Of a DNA stretch of 64,000 nt, positions 18,404-27,917 are shown piece after piece. Origin of the DNA: a phage. Every line of letters begins with the position of its first letter. Position 1 is the first letter of the stretch. A model generated the notes under the pieces. It did no database searches and was not told the DNA's origin. It worked only from the letters and a program-made list of their open reading frames with translations. The stretch is from the sequence record NC_103192.1; one strand, written 5' to 3'. Both the position numbers and the translations under genes were made by a program.

Positions 18404-19120
18404 ATGGCTACGCTTTATAGTGATATATTGATGGACCCACAGACAGGCGATTTGGCGATAGACAAAGGTCTTGAGTTGATAGATTCAAACCAAGTAAGTC
18501 TGCGCCAGCGCTTGTGGATGAGGTTTAATACGTGGAAGGGGAGCTGGTACTTTGACGAGTTGTTTGGCTTCCCTTATATGGACTTTCTCAGTAAGAAGGT
18601 CATGAAGACTGTTCTTGATAACAAGATTATGGAAGTGGCAAGACAAGAGCCGGATGTGCTAAACATCGTAAACTTCCAGTCTACCATGGATCGAAGATCG
18701 AGAACATACCAAGCGTTCTTTGAGGTTGTTACCAAAGAGAACGAGATTGTAAGGCTGGCTTTTGTAGGTCTTGATCAGTTTACCTACCCACAGCCCGATT
18801 CTGGGACAACCTCTCTCTGTGATGATGAAGGTTGGATTAAGTGGGCTAATAAACTGTACTACCTGATCAACTTCAGATTGCCTAGAACCGGAGATGCCAC
18901 ATGGTGGAACCAGTATGCTGGTCCTGAGATGGAAAACCCGATCCCTGTAGGCTCTCTGTTGACTCAGGATAAAGATCTGCTGATGACTGAGGCAGAACAA
19001 ACCATTAACCGCAATACCTGGACGCTTGCTCCAGATGAGCGCGAATACTCTGGTGTTATTGCTACCTCTAATGATGAGGCTATTGCCAACCAGTCTGGTC
19101 GTGCTATTGATGTTAACTAA
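18404..19120 (+). CDS. baseplate wedge protein (gpW/gp25-like N-terminal domain)
   Basis: N-terminal pattern DILMDPQTGDLAID...LRQRLWMRFNTWKGSWYFDELFGFPY resembles gpW/gp25; 238 aa, so carries an extra C-terminal extension. Confidence 0.45.
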   Translation: MATLYSDILMDPQTGDLAIDKGLELIDSNQVSLRQRLWMRFNTWKGSWYFDELFGFPYMDFLSKKVMKTVLDNKIMEVARQEPDVLNIVNFQSTMDRRSRTYQAFFEVVTKENEIVRLAFVGLDQFTYPQPDSGTTSLCDDEGWIKWANKLYYLINFRLPRTGDATWWNQYAGPEMENPIPVGSLLTQDKDLLMTEAEQTINRNTWTLAPDEREYSGVIATSNDEAIANQSGRAIDVN

Positions 19121-19129
19121 GGAGAAATC

Positions 19130-19798
19130 ATGGCTGTAGCTTATCCTACAATACCAATCCCAGATCTTGAAGATGCAGAAACAGTCTTGAGTGATGACTT
19201 CTTGGTTGTCAACCAGACTGACGGGACAAGAAAGGCTAAGATTGATGATGTTGTCAATGATCTTAGCATTACTAAAATAGTTTATTTCACAGAGGGCGGT
19301 TATCTTAAGAGCAAGAAGGATTTTGCTTATGATCCGGAAACTAAGCGCTACTACACATGGAATGGAGATTATCCTAAAATAATTCTCCCAGATTCCACTG
19401 TAGAGGGTGCCGGAGGTGTGTCTGCAAAAGCATGGTCTGTTTTTGGAGAGCTTGCTGCAACTTCTTCAGGTAGGATAGTTGATTACGGCTCTATTGGTGG
19501 TCAACTTGACATGGATCTTGACGTTGCAGACACGTTTAAAGTTCGGCTCACTTCAAACACCACAATCTCTTTTGAAAATCAAACAGAAGGGCTCGACGGA
19601 GTGGCAAGAACTATAACTGTATGCATAACGCAGACCTCTGGTGGTAACAAAGTTTATTGGCCTGACAATGTTAAATGGGCCTACGGAAGAGATCCTATCC
19701 TAACATTTACAGCTGGCGCAACAGATATTTTCAAGTTGGAAACCTATGATAATGGGCTAACTTGGTACGGGGCATTGATCATCGCAGGAGCTATCTAA
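19130..19798 (+). CDS. short fibre/adaptor protein with conserved N-terminal anchor domain
   Basis: first ~100 aa (DDFLVVNQTDGTRKAKIDDVV...FTEGGYLKSKKDFAYDPE...AKAW) are clearly paralogous to the N-terminus of the 22434 gene product. Confidence 0.45.
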   Translation: MAVAYPTIPIPDLEDAETVLSDDFLVVNQTDGTRKAKIDDVVNDLSITKIVYFTEGGYLKSKKDFAYDPETKRYYTWNGDYPKIILPDSTVEGAGGVSAKAWSVFGELAATSSGRIVDYGSIGGQLDMDLDVADTFKVRLTSNTTISFENQTEGLDGVARTITVCITQTSGGNKVYWPDNVKWAYGRDPILTFTAGATDIFKLETYDNGLTWYGALIIAGAI

Positions 19799-19799
19799 G

Positions 19800-22397
19800 A
19801 TGCGTATTCAACACAACATTGATAACGTATTTCAGATGATCGAGGGGCACAGGAAGTGCCTCGATAACAACACAGGTATTACCAATCTCCCTACACAGAA
19901 CAAACTGGTAAACCAGGATGGACTTATAGCGTCAGGTTGGTCAGGGAGTAAGATAAACAATGATTGGGCAATGCATGAGTCCCAAGCTGTGTTGATTCTG
20001 GGATACATTGAGGCATACAGGGCATCAAAAAGCGATTTTTATCTAGACAGGGCCAAAGAGGCTTGGGAAGCCTACAACAGTCATCTTCTGGGCGTATATG
20101 CAGTAGAAAGTAAAATGCAAAGATTGTCCCACTACCCGTTATCCACAGATGGTGTTCCATCACATGGTGGGTTTAAAGATGTGGTTGTGTCTTTTAACAA
20201 AGGTAGAGGAAAAATCCCAGCAGGATCCCCGACATGGGGAGAATACTTGGACAAGGCTTTTCAGGCGTATAACGGTGTTTTAGGAAGAAACACTGTAGAC
20301 TCTGATGTTTACGGCGGCACAGATGCTAATCCTAATTGGACAACTTCCGGATTAAGTTGGTGGGTTGAGTGGTATATAGCATGGGATGGTAACCGCTATT
20401 GGGCCAACGGTAGCATAGCCGACAGTGGTCATACGTCTGCAGAGTTCGGCACAATCCAACTGCAAGATAAGGGTGTTACAGGCAACCACAAGGTTACCTA
20501 TTGTGTGAGATTGCCTCAAGAGCAAGGCGGATCGGTGATACCTGCTGGATCCCCTGTAATTGTAAATCCTATAAACGTGGTTGCAGACAATCAAGCCCCA
20601 GAGTTAGACGGGGAAGAGATGTGGTGTGACGCTTGTTATCAACTCTATACCTTAACAGGCGAGGAAAAGTATTACACCGCGTTTAAACAGTCTTACAATA
20701 AGTTGCTTAATTTCAGCGATATAAACGCCTACGACAAGCTGTTCAGAAAGACTACGTTGATTAAGGCACCGTTCACAGATGGCACTTGTCTAGTTGCAGG
20801 AACAGTACCTGTCATGAGTAGGGACAGTGACGGATATATCAATTTTAGAATGAACGCACGTCAGCCTTGCGAAATAATCCAAAAAGGGACTACATACAAA
20901 ATAGGCAGAGATGCTGAAATTGTTATGAATTTCGGAGGGGAAGGGGTTCTGTTCCAGCCACATTTCATCCTTAATGATGGCAACAATAACAAAAAACAGT
21001 ACAGAATAGGTGTCCCTTTTGGAGGAGCAGAGGTAACAGAAACAGTTGCCAAGGTTACTGATTTTGTAGAGGTGGTTGGTAAAGACGGTAACCCATATCT
21101 CTTGCCAAAAGAGGAAAACATTGCCGTAAGCGGTGGCGCTAGTGTCAGTATGCAGTATGATACCGACATTTACAACCACTCTGACAACTTCACCCGTTGT
21201 AATATAGCAAGAGGTAAAGTAACTTTCAATTTTGGGAGAGAGATTTCTTTAAACTCAGTAACTTATCGATCAGATGATGAGATGGTAAGGGTCAAATTTC
21301 TTGACAAAGACAGGTGGTTATGGTATGCTGATCTATATGCCACTAATGGACAATGGATAACAGAAACTCTTACTCTAGGAGATTTCAAATTAGATCCGAC
21401 ACAACCTCATCACACCGAAGAAGAGATTAAACCTTTCTTTGCTAATCCTAAGGGGCTCACCTCTGTAGATTTCAGCCTAAGCGACAGGCAGATAGGTAAT
21501 GGCTTGTTTGATCTGTATTGCGTCAACACACTGCCGCAATTTTATATTGCAGATAGAGATGCTTATCTAATCTGGTTTAGCGTATGGATGGCAAGCAAGA
21601 CAGAATCAACCGCTAAGGTTGGCGATTGCTATGTCAGAAACTACAAGCAAGGTGCATACAGGCACACACCAGGTGTGTTCCCTGCCGGAAAGGTGATAGA
21701 TAAGGAAAACTATCTCTTAGAGGAAAGGCCAAATTGGCCCTACCCTGGCATGCAATACCCAGCAGTCTACTGCATGGGTGCAGAAAACATAGATCGCCAT
21801 AGATTGTCAAATACAATAGGCTTTCTGTATGACGCTCAAGTCTGGTATAATAATACATTTAAGACAGAGGGTCCAGTTGCCTCACGTTATGTATGGCAGA
21901 GAGGTAATGAAGGATTAACTGGTTGGTGGGAGATGGTAGATAACTCTAAGCTCCAGTCAAGATCTTTTGTTGCTGCGTGCCGCACAATATATGAGCTCAA
22001 GAAACATAAAGAACCTGTTGATGAAAGACTATTCCTGTTCTGCCAGAAATGGGCATGGTTCCTCAACAGATTCCAGTCATCTCATTCAGGAAATTTGCCT
22101 ACAGACTTTAACACCTCTGGTGGATACTCTTATCAAGATAGAGGAGATAGGATGTGGGTGGTAGGTGAATGGCTTGCAGGTTGCTGCTGGCTAGGTCTGT
22201 GCGGGTATTCAGAAACAATACCTCAAATAGATATTGTTGTAGAAGCCTGTATGAAGCTACTGCAAAAGCACCACTTTATTAATGGGGATAATGTTTTAAA
22301 TGGCTGCTGGGCAGTTTCTGATCCGGTAGGCTATCACTCTGGCGAAATCCTTCGCGGTCTGGGCCTTTATGCTCAATACCGTGGATTGTACCTTTAA
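19800..22397 (+). CDS. tail-associated protein, possible glycan-degrading enzyme
   Basis: 865 aa; aromatic/Trp-rich segments that could fit an (alpha/alpha)6-barrel hydrolase, unverified. Confidence 0.4.
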   Translation: MRIQHNIDNVFQMIEGHRKCLDNNTGITNLPTQNKLVNQDGLIASGWSGSKINNDWAMHESQAVLILGYIEAYRASKSDFYLDRAKEAWEAYNSHLLGVYAVESKMQRLSHYPLSTDGVPSHGGFKDVVVSFNKGRGKIPAGSPTWGEYLDKAFQAYNGVLGRNTVDSDVYGGTDANPNWTTSGLSWWVEWYIAWDGNRYWANGSIADSGHTSAEFGTIQLQDKGVTGNHKVTYCVRLPQEQGGSVIPAGSPVIVNPINVVADNQAPELDGEEMWCDACYQLYTLTGEEKYYTAFKQSYNKLLNFSDINAYDKLFRKTTLIKAPFTDGTCLVAGTVPVMSRDSDGYINFRMNARQPCEIIQKGTTYKIGRDAEIVMNFGGEGVLFQPHFILNDGNNNKKQYRIGVPFGGAEVTETVAKVTDFVEVVGKDGNPYLLPKEENIAVSGGASVSMQYDTDIYNHSDNFTRCNIARGKVTFNFGREISLNSVTYRSDDEMVRVKFLDKDRWLWYADLYATNGQWITETLTLGDFKLDPTQPHHTEEEIKPFFANPKGLTSVDFSLSDRQIGNGLFDLYCVNTLPQFYIADRDAYLIWFSVWMASKTESTAKVGDCYVRNYKQGAYRHTPGVFPAGKVIDKENYLLEERPNWPYPGMQYPAVYCMGAENIDRHRLSNTIGFLYDAQVWYNNTFKTEGPVASRYVWQRGNEGLTGWWEMVDNSKLQSRSFVAACRTIYELKKHKEPVDERLFLFCQKWAWFLNRFQSSHSGNLPTDFNTSGGYSYQDRGDRMWVVGEWLAGCCWLGLCGYSETIPQIDIVVEACMKLLQKHHFINGDNVLNGCWAVSDPVGYHSGEILRGLGLYAQYRGLYL

Positions 22398-22400
22398 CAT

Positions 22401-22424
22401 AGGGGGCTGTTTGCCCCCTTTTCA
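22401..22424 (+). terminator. hairpin AGGGGGC-TGTTT-GCCCCCT + TTTT
   Basis: 7-bp stem read from sequence. Confidence 0.55.
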
Positions 22425-22433
22425 GGAGAAAGA

Positions 22434-25400
22434 ATGGCTGATATTAAAGTTGTCAGAATTGAATCTCTTCCTGCCACTACTGCAGTGACAGAGGATGATT
22501 ACCTGGTTGTTCAACAACCAGACCTGACCCGTCGTGTAAAAATTGGCGATGTTGTCCATGTGGATGGGACTGTTTCTCATGTAATCTCCTTTAAGGAAGG
22601 TGGTAAGTTAAACGGCCCAATGGATTTTGCCTACTTCGAAGAGGAAGACCTCTACCTGCGTTGGAAAGGCGAATTTCCGCACACCGTTCCTGCACTGTCT
22701 TCACCTTACGCTGATGGTGGGATTACCGATGCTGCATGGATGGTATATACAGATCCGTCCTTAAGGGAGGAGCTGGAGTCTACCATTGGCGCATCTATGA
22801 TCATGACAGCCGAAGGGCAGTCTGTCCAGGATGTAATGGATGTTACGGTTCAGACAGCCAACGATGCTAAAGCACTTGCACAGCGGGTAGATTTTGGTAC
22901 AGTGCATACTGTAGGCGATGTTATTCACCTTGTCAACTTTGTTGGTCCTGCAGTTATTGAAGAGGGAAGAACTACTAACTACCCTTCTGTAGCAGCTGGT
23001 GAAAAATTTCTGAACGGTGTGGTATCTCGTCGTGATACTACAACTGTTGATGGTATTTTCCGTGGTGCTACCTCTGGAGCCATGTATACCATTGCAGTAA
23101 CCAATGGTGTGGCAACAACAAAAAGAATAGCCCTTCGTGATGAATTTAAACGCCTGGAGGCAAACAACCCAACAAGAACAATTATCCGTGCCGGAGATGA
23201 TTTAAACACGGCAGGGTACTTGCAGCTTGATGCAACAGGTCGTTGGGGTATGTGGAACCAACAAACAGCCTCGTGGCAACCTCTTGCTATAGAGCAAGGC
23301 GGCACAGGGGCCAGAGATGCCGCAGGTGCACGCATTAATTTAGGGGCTTTCTATAAGCAACGTGCAGCCCTTGAGTCAAATTTTAATATCAATAACTTGA
23401 CTGGTAATCAGGATGGTATATACTACCAGCCGATGACTGCTTATGCAACTGAGGCAAATGGTTACCCTGCAGGTTCTGGTGCTGGTCACTTGATTGTCTG
23501 GCAGAACAATGCTAACGGCGGTACAGGTTGTCGTCAGGAATACTATCCATTCTCTAACGTAGATGTTTGGTATTTGAGAACCTATCAGGCCAACACAAAT
23601 CAGTGGACCGCATGGCAGCCGATGGTCAGACCTCGTAACGATGAGACCTTTAGATCGCACATCGGTCTTGGGTCTAGGAATTCTCCTACCTTCGGGAACC
23701 TTTACTTATCTCAAAGTTCTGCTAATGTTAAGTCGGCATCTGGCATTGTTAACGGGGACAAATACAGTGCTGACGGTGTCCTTGAGCATGGGTATAGGAT
23801 CTATTCCGAGGTAAGAGACGACAATAAGGCGTGGTTAACAATCCACCTGCACAAAGGGGCAAAAGGGTCTGAAACTCATAAATATTTAGGTTTCCGCGAA
23901 GACGGTGTATTAGACTGTCCTAAATACATGCAGGTTGGGGATCTTACTGGTCAGTTGACAAACTGGGGACTTGGAGAGTGGATTCGTAGCTCAGGAGCAG
24001 AAAGAGGCTTCTGGGGGTCCAAGAAAGCCGCCAAGATGGTCATCTGGGATGGTGGGATGGATGAGTCTGGTAACGGCACTCTGGAATGGGGTGTTTATAA
24101 CAACCGGAAGGCCAAGTGGGAACCTTTACCTCACGCCGCAGGTGGTACTGGGGCTACAACTTTAGCAGAAGCTCAAAACCTGTTTAGAATACCTATGGCA
24201 GGTGGGGTTAAGGATTTCTTAACTCTACCAAGAACAGCAGCCATGGTAGATGGTAAATATTACCCTATTATTGTAAGAACAGATCCGTACTATGCATCAG
24301 CTGTTGGGACAGATATTACAATAGTTACAAGATCCTCTGCTGGCGACGACCCTATGAACTGCGCAACACTCCAGTGTCATTACAGAACTGGTGGTTGGAC
24401 AGATCGTGGAGACTCTTTTACTGGTGTTGTAAACTTCTACCAGAACGAAAGAGCAATACTTGGCTGTGTTTCTCCTACTCGCGGAAAACAAGAGTATGTT
24501 GCTTTTTATGTAGAGGCTAGAGCTTTCCCGGTAAGCGTATATACAAGCCGAAACGTGCTTGAGGTATTTACCAGAGAAAATGACTGGCAGGTAGGGAATG
24601 TAACTGATAATCAGGACGGTGTTAAGTTTTGTGCTCCGTTAGAGTCGGCAGACTTAAATCTTGCGATCAAGGGTGGTGGTGTAACAAACACCAGACCTCT
24701 GGTTGAGTTCAAGGGAACACCTGGGTTCTATACAGGCGGTAGTACAGATCGGCACTATGTAGGCACACCTGACAGAATGGTTCTAATGAGTAAGACAGAA
24801 ATGCCTCCTGTAGAGATGTGGTACAACGGTCTTAACTACATTTGCCCAGGCAGCCAAACCACCAGGAAAGCACTGTTCTCTAACGCAGGGTTCCAAGCTG
24901 CATCGGAAGGAACAGAGGATCTGATCAACAATACCTTTACCTCTAAATGCGGTAATGGCGCTGGTCTCAAAGGTCAGGCAGAGTTCAGATCTACTCCAGA
25001 GGCTGGTCAAGTTATTGTTCGTGATGTTGTAGGTTCTGCTCACAGATTCTACAATTTCAATAAAGATGGTACTTTCTCAGCTCCTGGTGGTTTTGTATGT
25101 CATACTGGTGCAGACTGGAACAACCAGTTCGGGCCTAACAACCCGTCAAAAATAATGGCTGGCAACGTCAACGGGCCAGAAGGTTCGATGGTTGTTGGTG
25201 GACTGTCTGTGGCGTTTTCTGGGAATTATGCTTTCCAGATAGCTGGTCGCCTTGATCAGTTGTATACCAGATCTATCGAAGGTGGTACTCATAGACCGTG
25301 GAACAAAATCTTCTCACACAAAGGTGCAGGTCTTGACTCTACAGACCTAAACACTTACGATGGTACTCGTGAGGGCATTTACCACCAACCATTCGATGCC

Positions 25401-26249
25401 AACTCAACATCTGAAAGACATTACCCGGCACCATATGCTGGTCACCTAATTGTTTACCAGAACAATACAAACAATCCGAGAGGCTGCGTACAGGAGTACA
25501 TTACACGTTTTGGTGACAGATACACGCGTGTTGGTAACATGGATAGAACTGGTTCCACTTATATGTGGGAAGTTTGGCGGCATGATTCTGGTAAAGCTAT
25601 CCAGTTACGCCCGAACCGCAATGTTGATGAAACAGATAAAGAGCTGTGCATTCATGTTGGTGGTTCTGAAAATCCCAGCAACAACGGTAACTTACCTAAG
25701 GATAATGCTGTGCTCCATTATTGGGGCAACGGCAGCACAGGAAATCGTCCAAACGTGTTAGAGTTTAAGGTTCTTGACGATTCTCAAGCAAATTGGGTAT
25801 GGCATTGTGGTACCTTGCCGGATAAATCAAGATATCTTTCTGTAAACGGTGCAGTAAACTGTGTATCCGTGAACCAAAACTCTGACCGCGACCTGAAGGA
25901 TAACATAGAAGTTATTCCTAACGCGTTAGAAGCTATCCGGAAGATGAATGGCTATACCTACACTTTAAAAGAGAATGGTATGCCTTACGCAGGGGTAATT
26001 GCTCAAGAGGTTATGGAAGCATTACCTGAAGCGGTTGGATCTTTCGTGCAAAGGAAAGAGGCTCCTGATCCCACTCAAGATGGAACTCCTTTGATAACAG
26101 AGGAAAGATTCTACAGCGTGGATTACGCAGCTGTGACAGGCTTGCTTGTCCAAGTTTGTAGGGAACAGGATGATAAAATAACCGCCCTTGAGGAACAGGT
26201 TAAAAAATTGACAGAGGTTGTTACTGGGTTGCAAGAGAAACTGAAGTAA
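22434..26249 (+). CDS. long tail fibre with C-terminal intramolecular chaperone (peptidase S74-like) domain
   Basis: 1271 aa; N-terminal anchor shared with the 19130 gene product; C-terminal ~140 aa (...NQNSDRDLKDNIEVIPNALEAIRKMNGYTYTLKENG...) matches the self-cleaving chaperone domain of endosialidase/T5 L-shaped fibre type proteins. Confidence 0.7.
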   Translation: MADIKVVRIESLPATTAVTEDDYLVVQQPDLTRRVKIGDVVHVDGTVSHVISFKEGGKLNGPMDFAYFEEEDLYLRWKGEFPHTVPALSSPYADGGITDAAWMVYTDPSLREELESTIGASMIMTAEGQSVQDVMDVTVQTANDAKALAQRVDFGTVHTVGDVIHLVNFVGPAVIEEGRTTNYPSVAAGEKFLNGVVSRRDTTTVDGIFRGATSGAMYTIAVTNGVATTKRIALRDEFKRLEANNPTRTIIRAGDDLNTAGYLQLDATGRWGMWNQQTASWQPLAIEQGGTGARDAAGARINLGAFYKQRAALESNFNINNLTGNQDGIYYQPMTAYATEANGYPAGSGAGHLIVWQNNANGGTGCRQEYYPFSNVDVWYLRTYQANTNQWTAWQPMVRPRNDETFRSHIGLGSRNSPTFGNLYLSQSSANVKSASGIVNGDKYSADGVLEHGYRIYSEVRDDNKAWLTIHLHKGAKGSETHKYLGFREDGVLDCPKYMQVGDLTGQLTNWGLGEWIRSSGAERGFWGSKKAAKMVIWDGGMDESGNGTLEWGVYNNRKAKWEPLPHAAGGTGATTLAEAQNLFRIPMAGGVKDFLTLPRTAAMVDGKYYPIIVRTDPYYASAVGTDITIVTRSSAGDDPMNCATLQCHYRTGGWTDRGDSFTGVVNFYQNERAILGCVSPTRGKQEYVAFYVEARAFPVSVYTSRNVLEVFTRENDWQVGNVTDNQDGVKFCAPLESADLNLAIKGGGVTNTRPLVEFKGTPGFYTGGSTDRHYVGTPDRMVLMSKTEMPPVEMWYNGLNYICPGSQTTRKALFSNAGFQAASEGTEDLINNTFTSKCGNGAGLKGQAEFRSTPEAGQVIVRDVVGSAHRFYNFNKDGTFSAPGGFVCHTGADWNNQFGPNNPSKIMAGNVNGPEGSMVVGGLSVAFSGNYAFQIAGRLDQLYTRSIEGGTHRPWNKIFSHKGAGLDSTDLNTYDGTREGIYHQPFDANSTSERHYPAPYAGHLIVYQNNTNNPRGCVQEYITRFGDRYTRVGNMDRTGSTYMWEVWRHDSGKAIQLRPNRNVDETDKELCIHVGGSENPSNNGNLPKDNAVLHYWGNGSTGNRPNVLEFKVLDDSQANWVWHCGTLPDKSRYLSVNGAVNCVSVNQNSDRDLKDNIEVIPNALEAIRKMNGYTYTLKENGMPYAGVIAQEVMEALPEAVGSFVQRKEAPDPTQDGTPLITEERFYSVDYAAVTGLLVQVCREQDDKITALEEQVKKLTEVVTGLQEKLK

Positions 26250-26256
26250 CTGTTTT

Positions 26257-26286
26257 GCCCTCGCTTCGGCGGGGGCTTTTTGTTTG
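26257..26286 (+). terminator. rho-independent terminator with UUCG tetraloop
   Basis: GCCCTCGC-TTCG-GCGGGGGC then TTTTTGTTTG; shares 13-mer CGCTTCGGCGGGG with the terminators at 31768 and 58128. Confidence 0.75.
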
Positions 26287-26288
26287 TA

Positions 26289-26317
26289 TTGCGTATTAAC
26301 TTAAAATCTGGTAAAAT
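26289..26317 (+). promoter_or_regulatory. promoter TTGCGT-17-TGgTAAAAT
   Basis: -35 at 26289-26294, extended -10 at 26309-26317. Confidence 0.55.
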
Positions 26318-26348
26318 AACTATCATGATTGTTTAACCTGGAGGCACA

Positions 26349-26939
26349 ATGTTTTTATGGGAAAGGCCTAGATACCTTCCGGATATTAGATTGGAGCTGC
26401 TGGCAGATATTGTTACGTTTAAAAGTCCGTTTACAGGTAAAACGCAAAAAGTAACCTATGCCACACCTAATTGGAAAGGCACTTTGACGGTCTCTAATAT
26501 TAGCGAGTCACAGTTACTAGAGCTTAAGAGCTTTGTTGATCAGGTGTATAAAGATGGAAACATCTTTCTTATTAAAACTTACGGTCACTCAGTAACAGCT
26601 AATGAGCCAATCGCCCTTGGGCCTACTGGTAACGACGATTTTTTGAAGACGGTTGGGTGGGAGCCGAACAGAGACATAGCCAGAGCTGGGGATAAAATAT
26701 CTGTCAATGATGAGTTGAAAGTGGTAACAGCTCCAGTACGCAGCGATGGTGTGGGGGCTGCTGTTATAAGCATATCTCCAAGACTTAGAAAACCTATTGC
26801 CGCAGGGGATACTATGAAGATAATAACTCAATCTCCGAAGGGCAGGTTTCATATCAGGGATATTTATAAAATTAAGCAAAAAGTCGATGCTATGCAAAAA
26901 GGTGATAATATAGTTATCAACTTCTTTGAGGATTTCTAA
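26349..26939 (+). CDS. hypothetical tail tip protein
   Basis: 196 aa, GGAGG RBS; first gene of a four-gene block ending with the J-like protein. Confidence 0.4.
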   Translation: MFLWERPRYLPDIRLELLADIVTFKSPFTGKTQKVTYATPNWKGTLTVSNISESQLLELKSFVDQVYKDGNIFLIKTYGHSVTANEPIALGPTGNDDFLKTVGWEPNRDIARAGDKISVNDELKVVTAPVRSDGVGAAVISISPRLRKPIAAGDTMKIITQSPKGRFHIRDIYKIKQKVDAMQKGDNIVINFFEDF

Positions 26940-26940
26940 G

Positions 26941-27492
26941 ATGATTAGAGCGCCATTAGATAATTTATTTCTTGAAAAGCTGGAGCTTGATGGTGTTGAG
27001 ATCTTAATTGCTGCAAAGTTGGAGCTACCGACAGGAACTGTCAGGGTGTGTTCAGGAACCGGTGTTGTAGTAATTGAGGGGCAACATTTTATAGGGATAG
27101 GTGGATCAGCAACATTAACTGCTGTGTCTGAGAAAGATGCCACCAACTTCGGATCTGTGGTAGCGACATTGAACGGGTTTGATCCTAAGTATGTGGGTGA
27201 TCTACTGAAGACGGAGTATTCTGGTTGTCGTGCCACGTTGTACATTACCGCTATGGAGAATGGTCTGCCTGTTACAACCAATGGCTTGTTTGACGGCCTT
27301 ATAACAGATATGGCTATTCAGACAGGTGAGAATAGTGCTTTGTCCATATCCATCTCTTCCATCTTCAACAGTTGGTTAAGAGGTTTTCCTTATCGGTACA
27401 CGGAGGAAAGCCACAGCTCAAGAAACGATAATGACAGATTTTTTAAATATGTGGATCAGGTGGCGAGCCGCCCGATCATTTGGGAGGTTTAA
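26941..27492 (+). CDS. hypothetical tail tip protein
   Basis: ATG 26941 with GAGGA RBS (track start 26926 is TTG). Confidence 0.4.
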   Translation: MIRAPLDNLFLEKLELDGVEILIAAKLELPTGTVRVCSGTGVVVIEGQHFIGIGGSATLTAVSEKDATNFGSVVATLNGFDPKYVGDLLKTEYSGCRATLYITAMENGLPVTTNGLFDGLITDMAIQTGENSALSISISSIFNSWLRGFPYRYTEESHSSRNDNDRFFKYVDQVASRPIIWEV

Positions 27493-27917
27493 TGAGCACA
27501 CGCCCTCGTTTAGTGGATTGGCAAGAAAGATTGTGGAAAGTGTTTGACGAAGAGGCCACCATACCTTTTGAATGGGGATTCCACGATTGCTGCACCTTTG
27601 CAGCTAAGTGTGTTGATGCCCAATACGGAACAGATTTTCTTTCTAACTTCGAAGGAACGTATAAAACAGAGTTGGAAAGCAAAAGATGGTGCATGCTCCG
27701 TTTCAAAACCACACACCTGCCTACTATTTTTGATCTCTTTATGACTCGACTAGATACTCCTAAACAGGTTCAGCGTGGCGATATTGTTATCTTCGAGGGT
27801 CTGAACGGGCTCACCGCTGGTGTGTTCTGGAACAACCAGATTTGGGCGAAAGGTGATAAAGGGGTCTTTATGTTCGATATGAAAGATTCTATCGTTGTTG
27901 ATGTCTGGAGGTATTAA
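27492..27917 (+). CDS. NlpC/P60-like tail protein (gpK-like)
   Basis: 141 aa; Cys motif WGFHDCCTFAAKC and later GDIVIF...G resemble the papain-like NlpC/P60 catalytic core; ATG 27492 with GGGAGG RBS. Confidence 0.45.
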   Translation: MSTRPRLVDWQERLWKVFDEEATIPFEWGFHDCCTFAAKCVDAQYGTDFLSNFEGTYKTELESKRWCMLRFKTTHLPTIFDLFMTRLDTPKQVQRGDIVIFEGLNGLTAGVFWNNQIWAKGDKGVFMFDMKDSIVVDVWRY

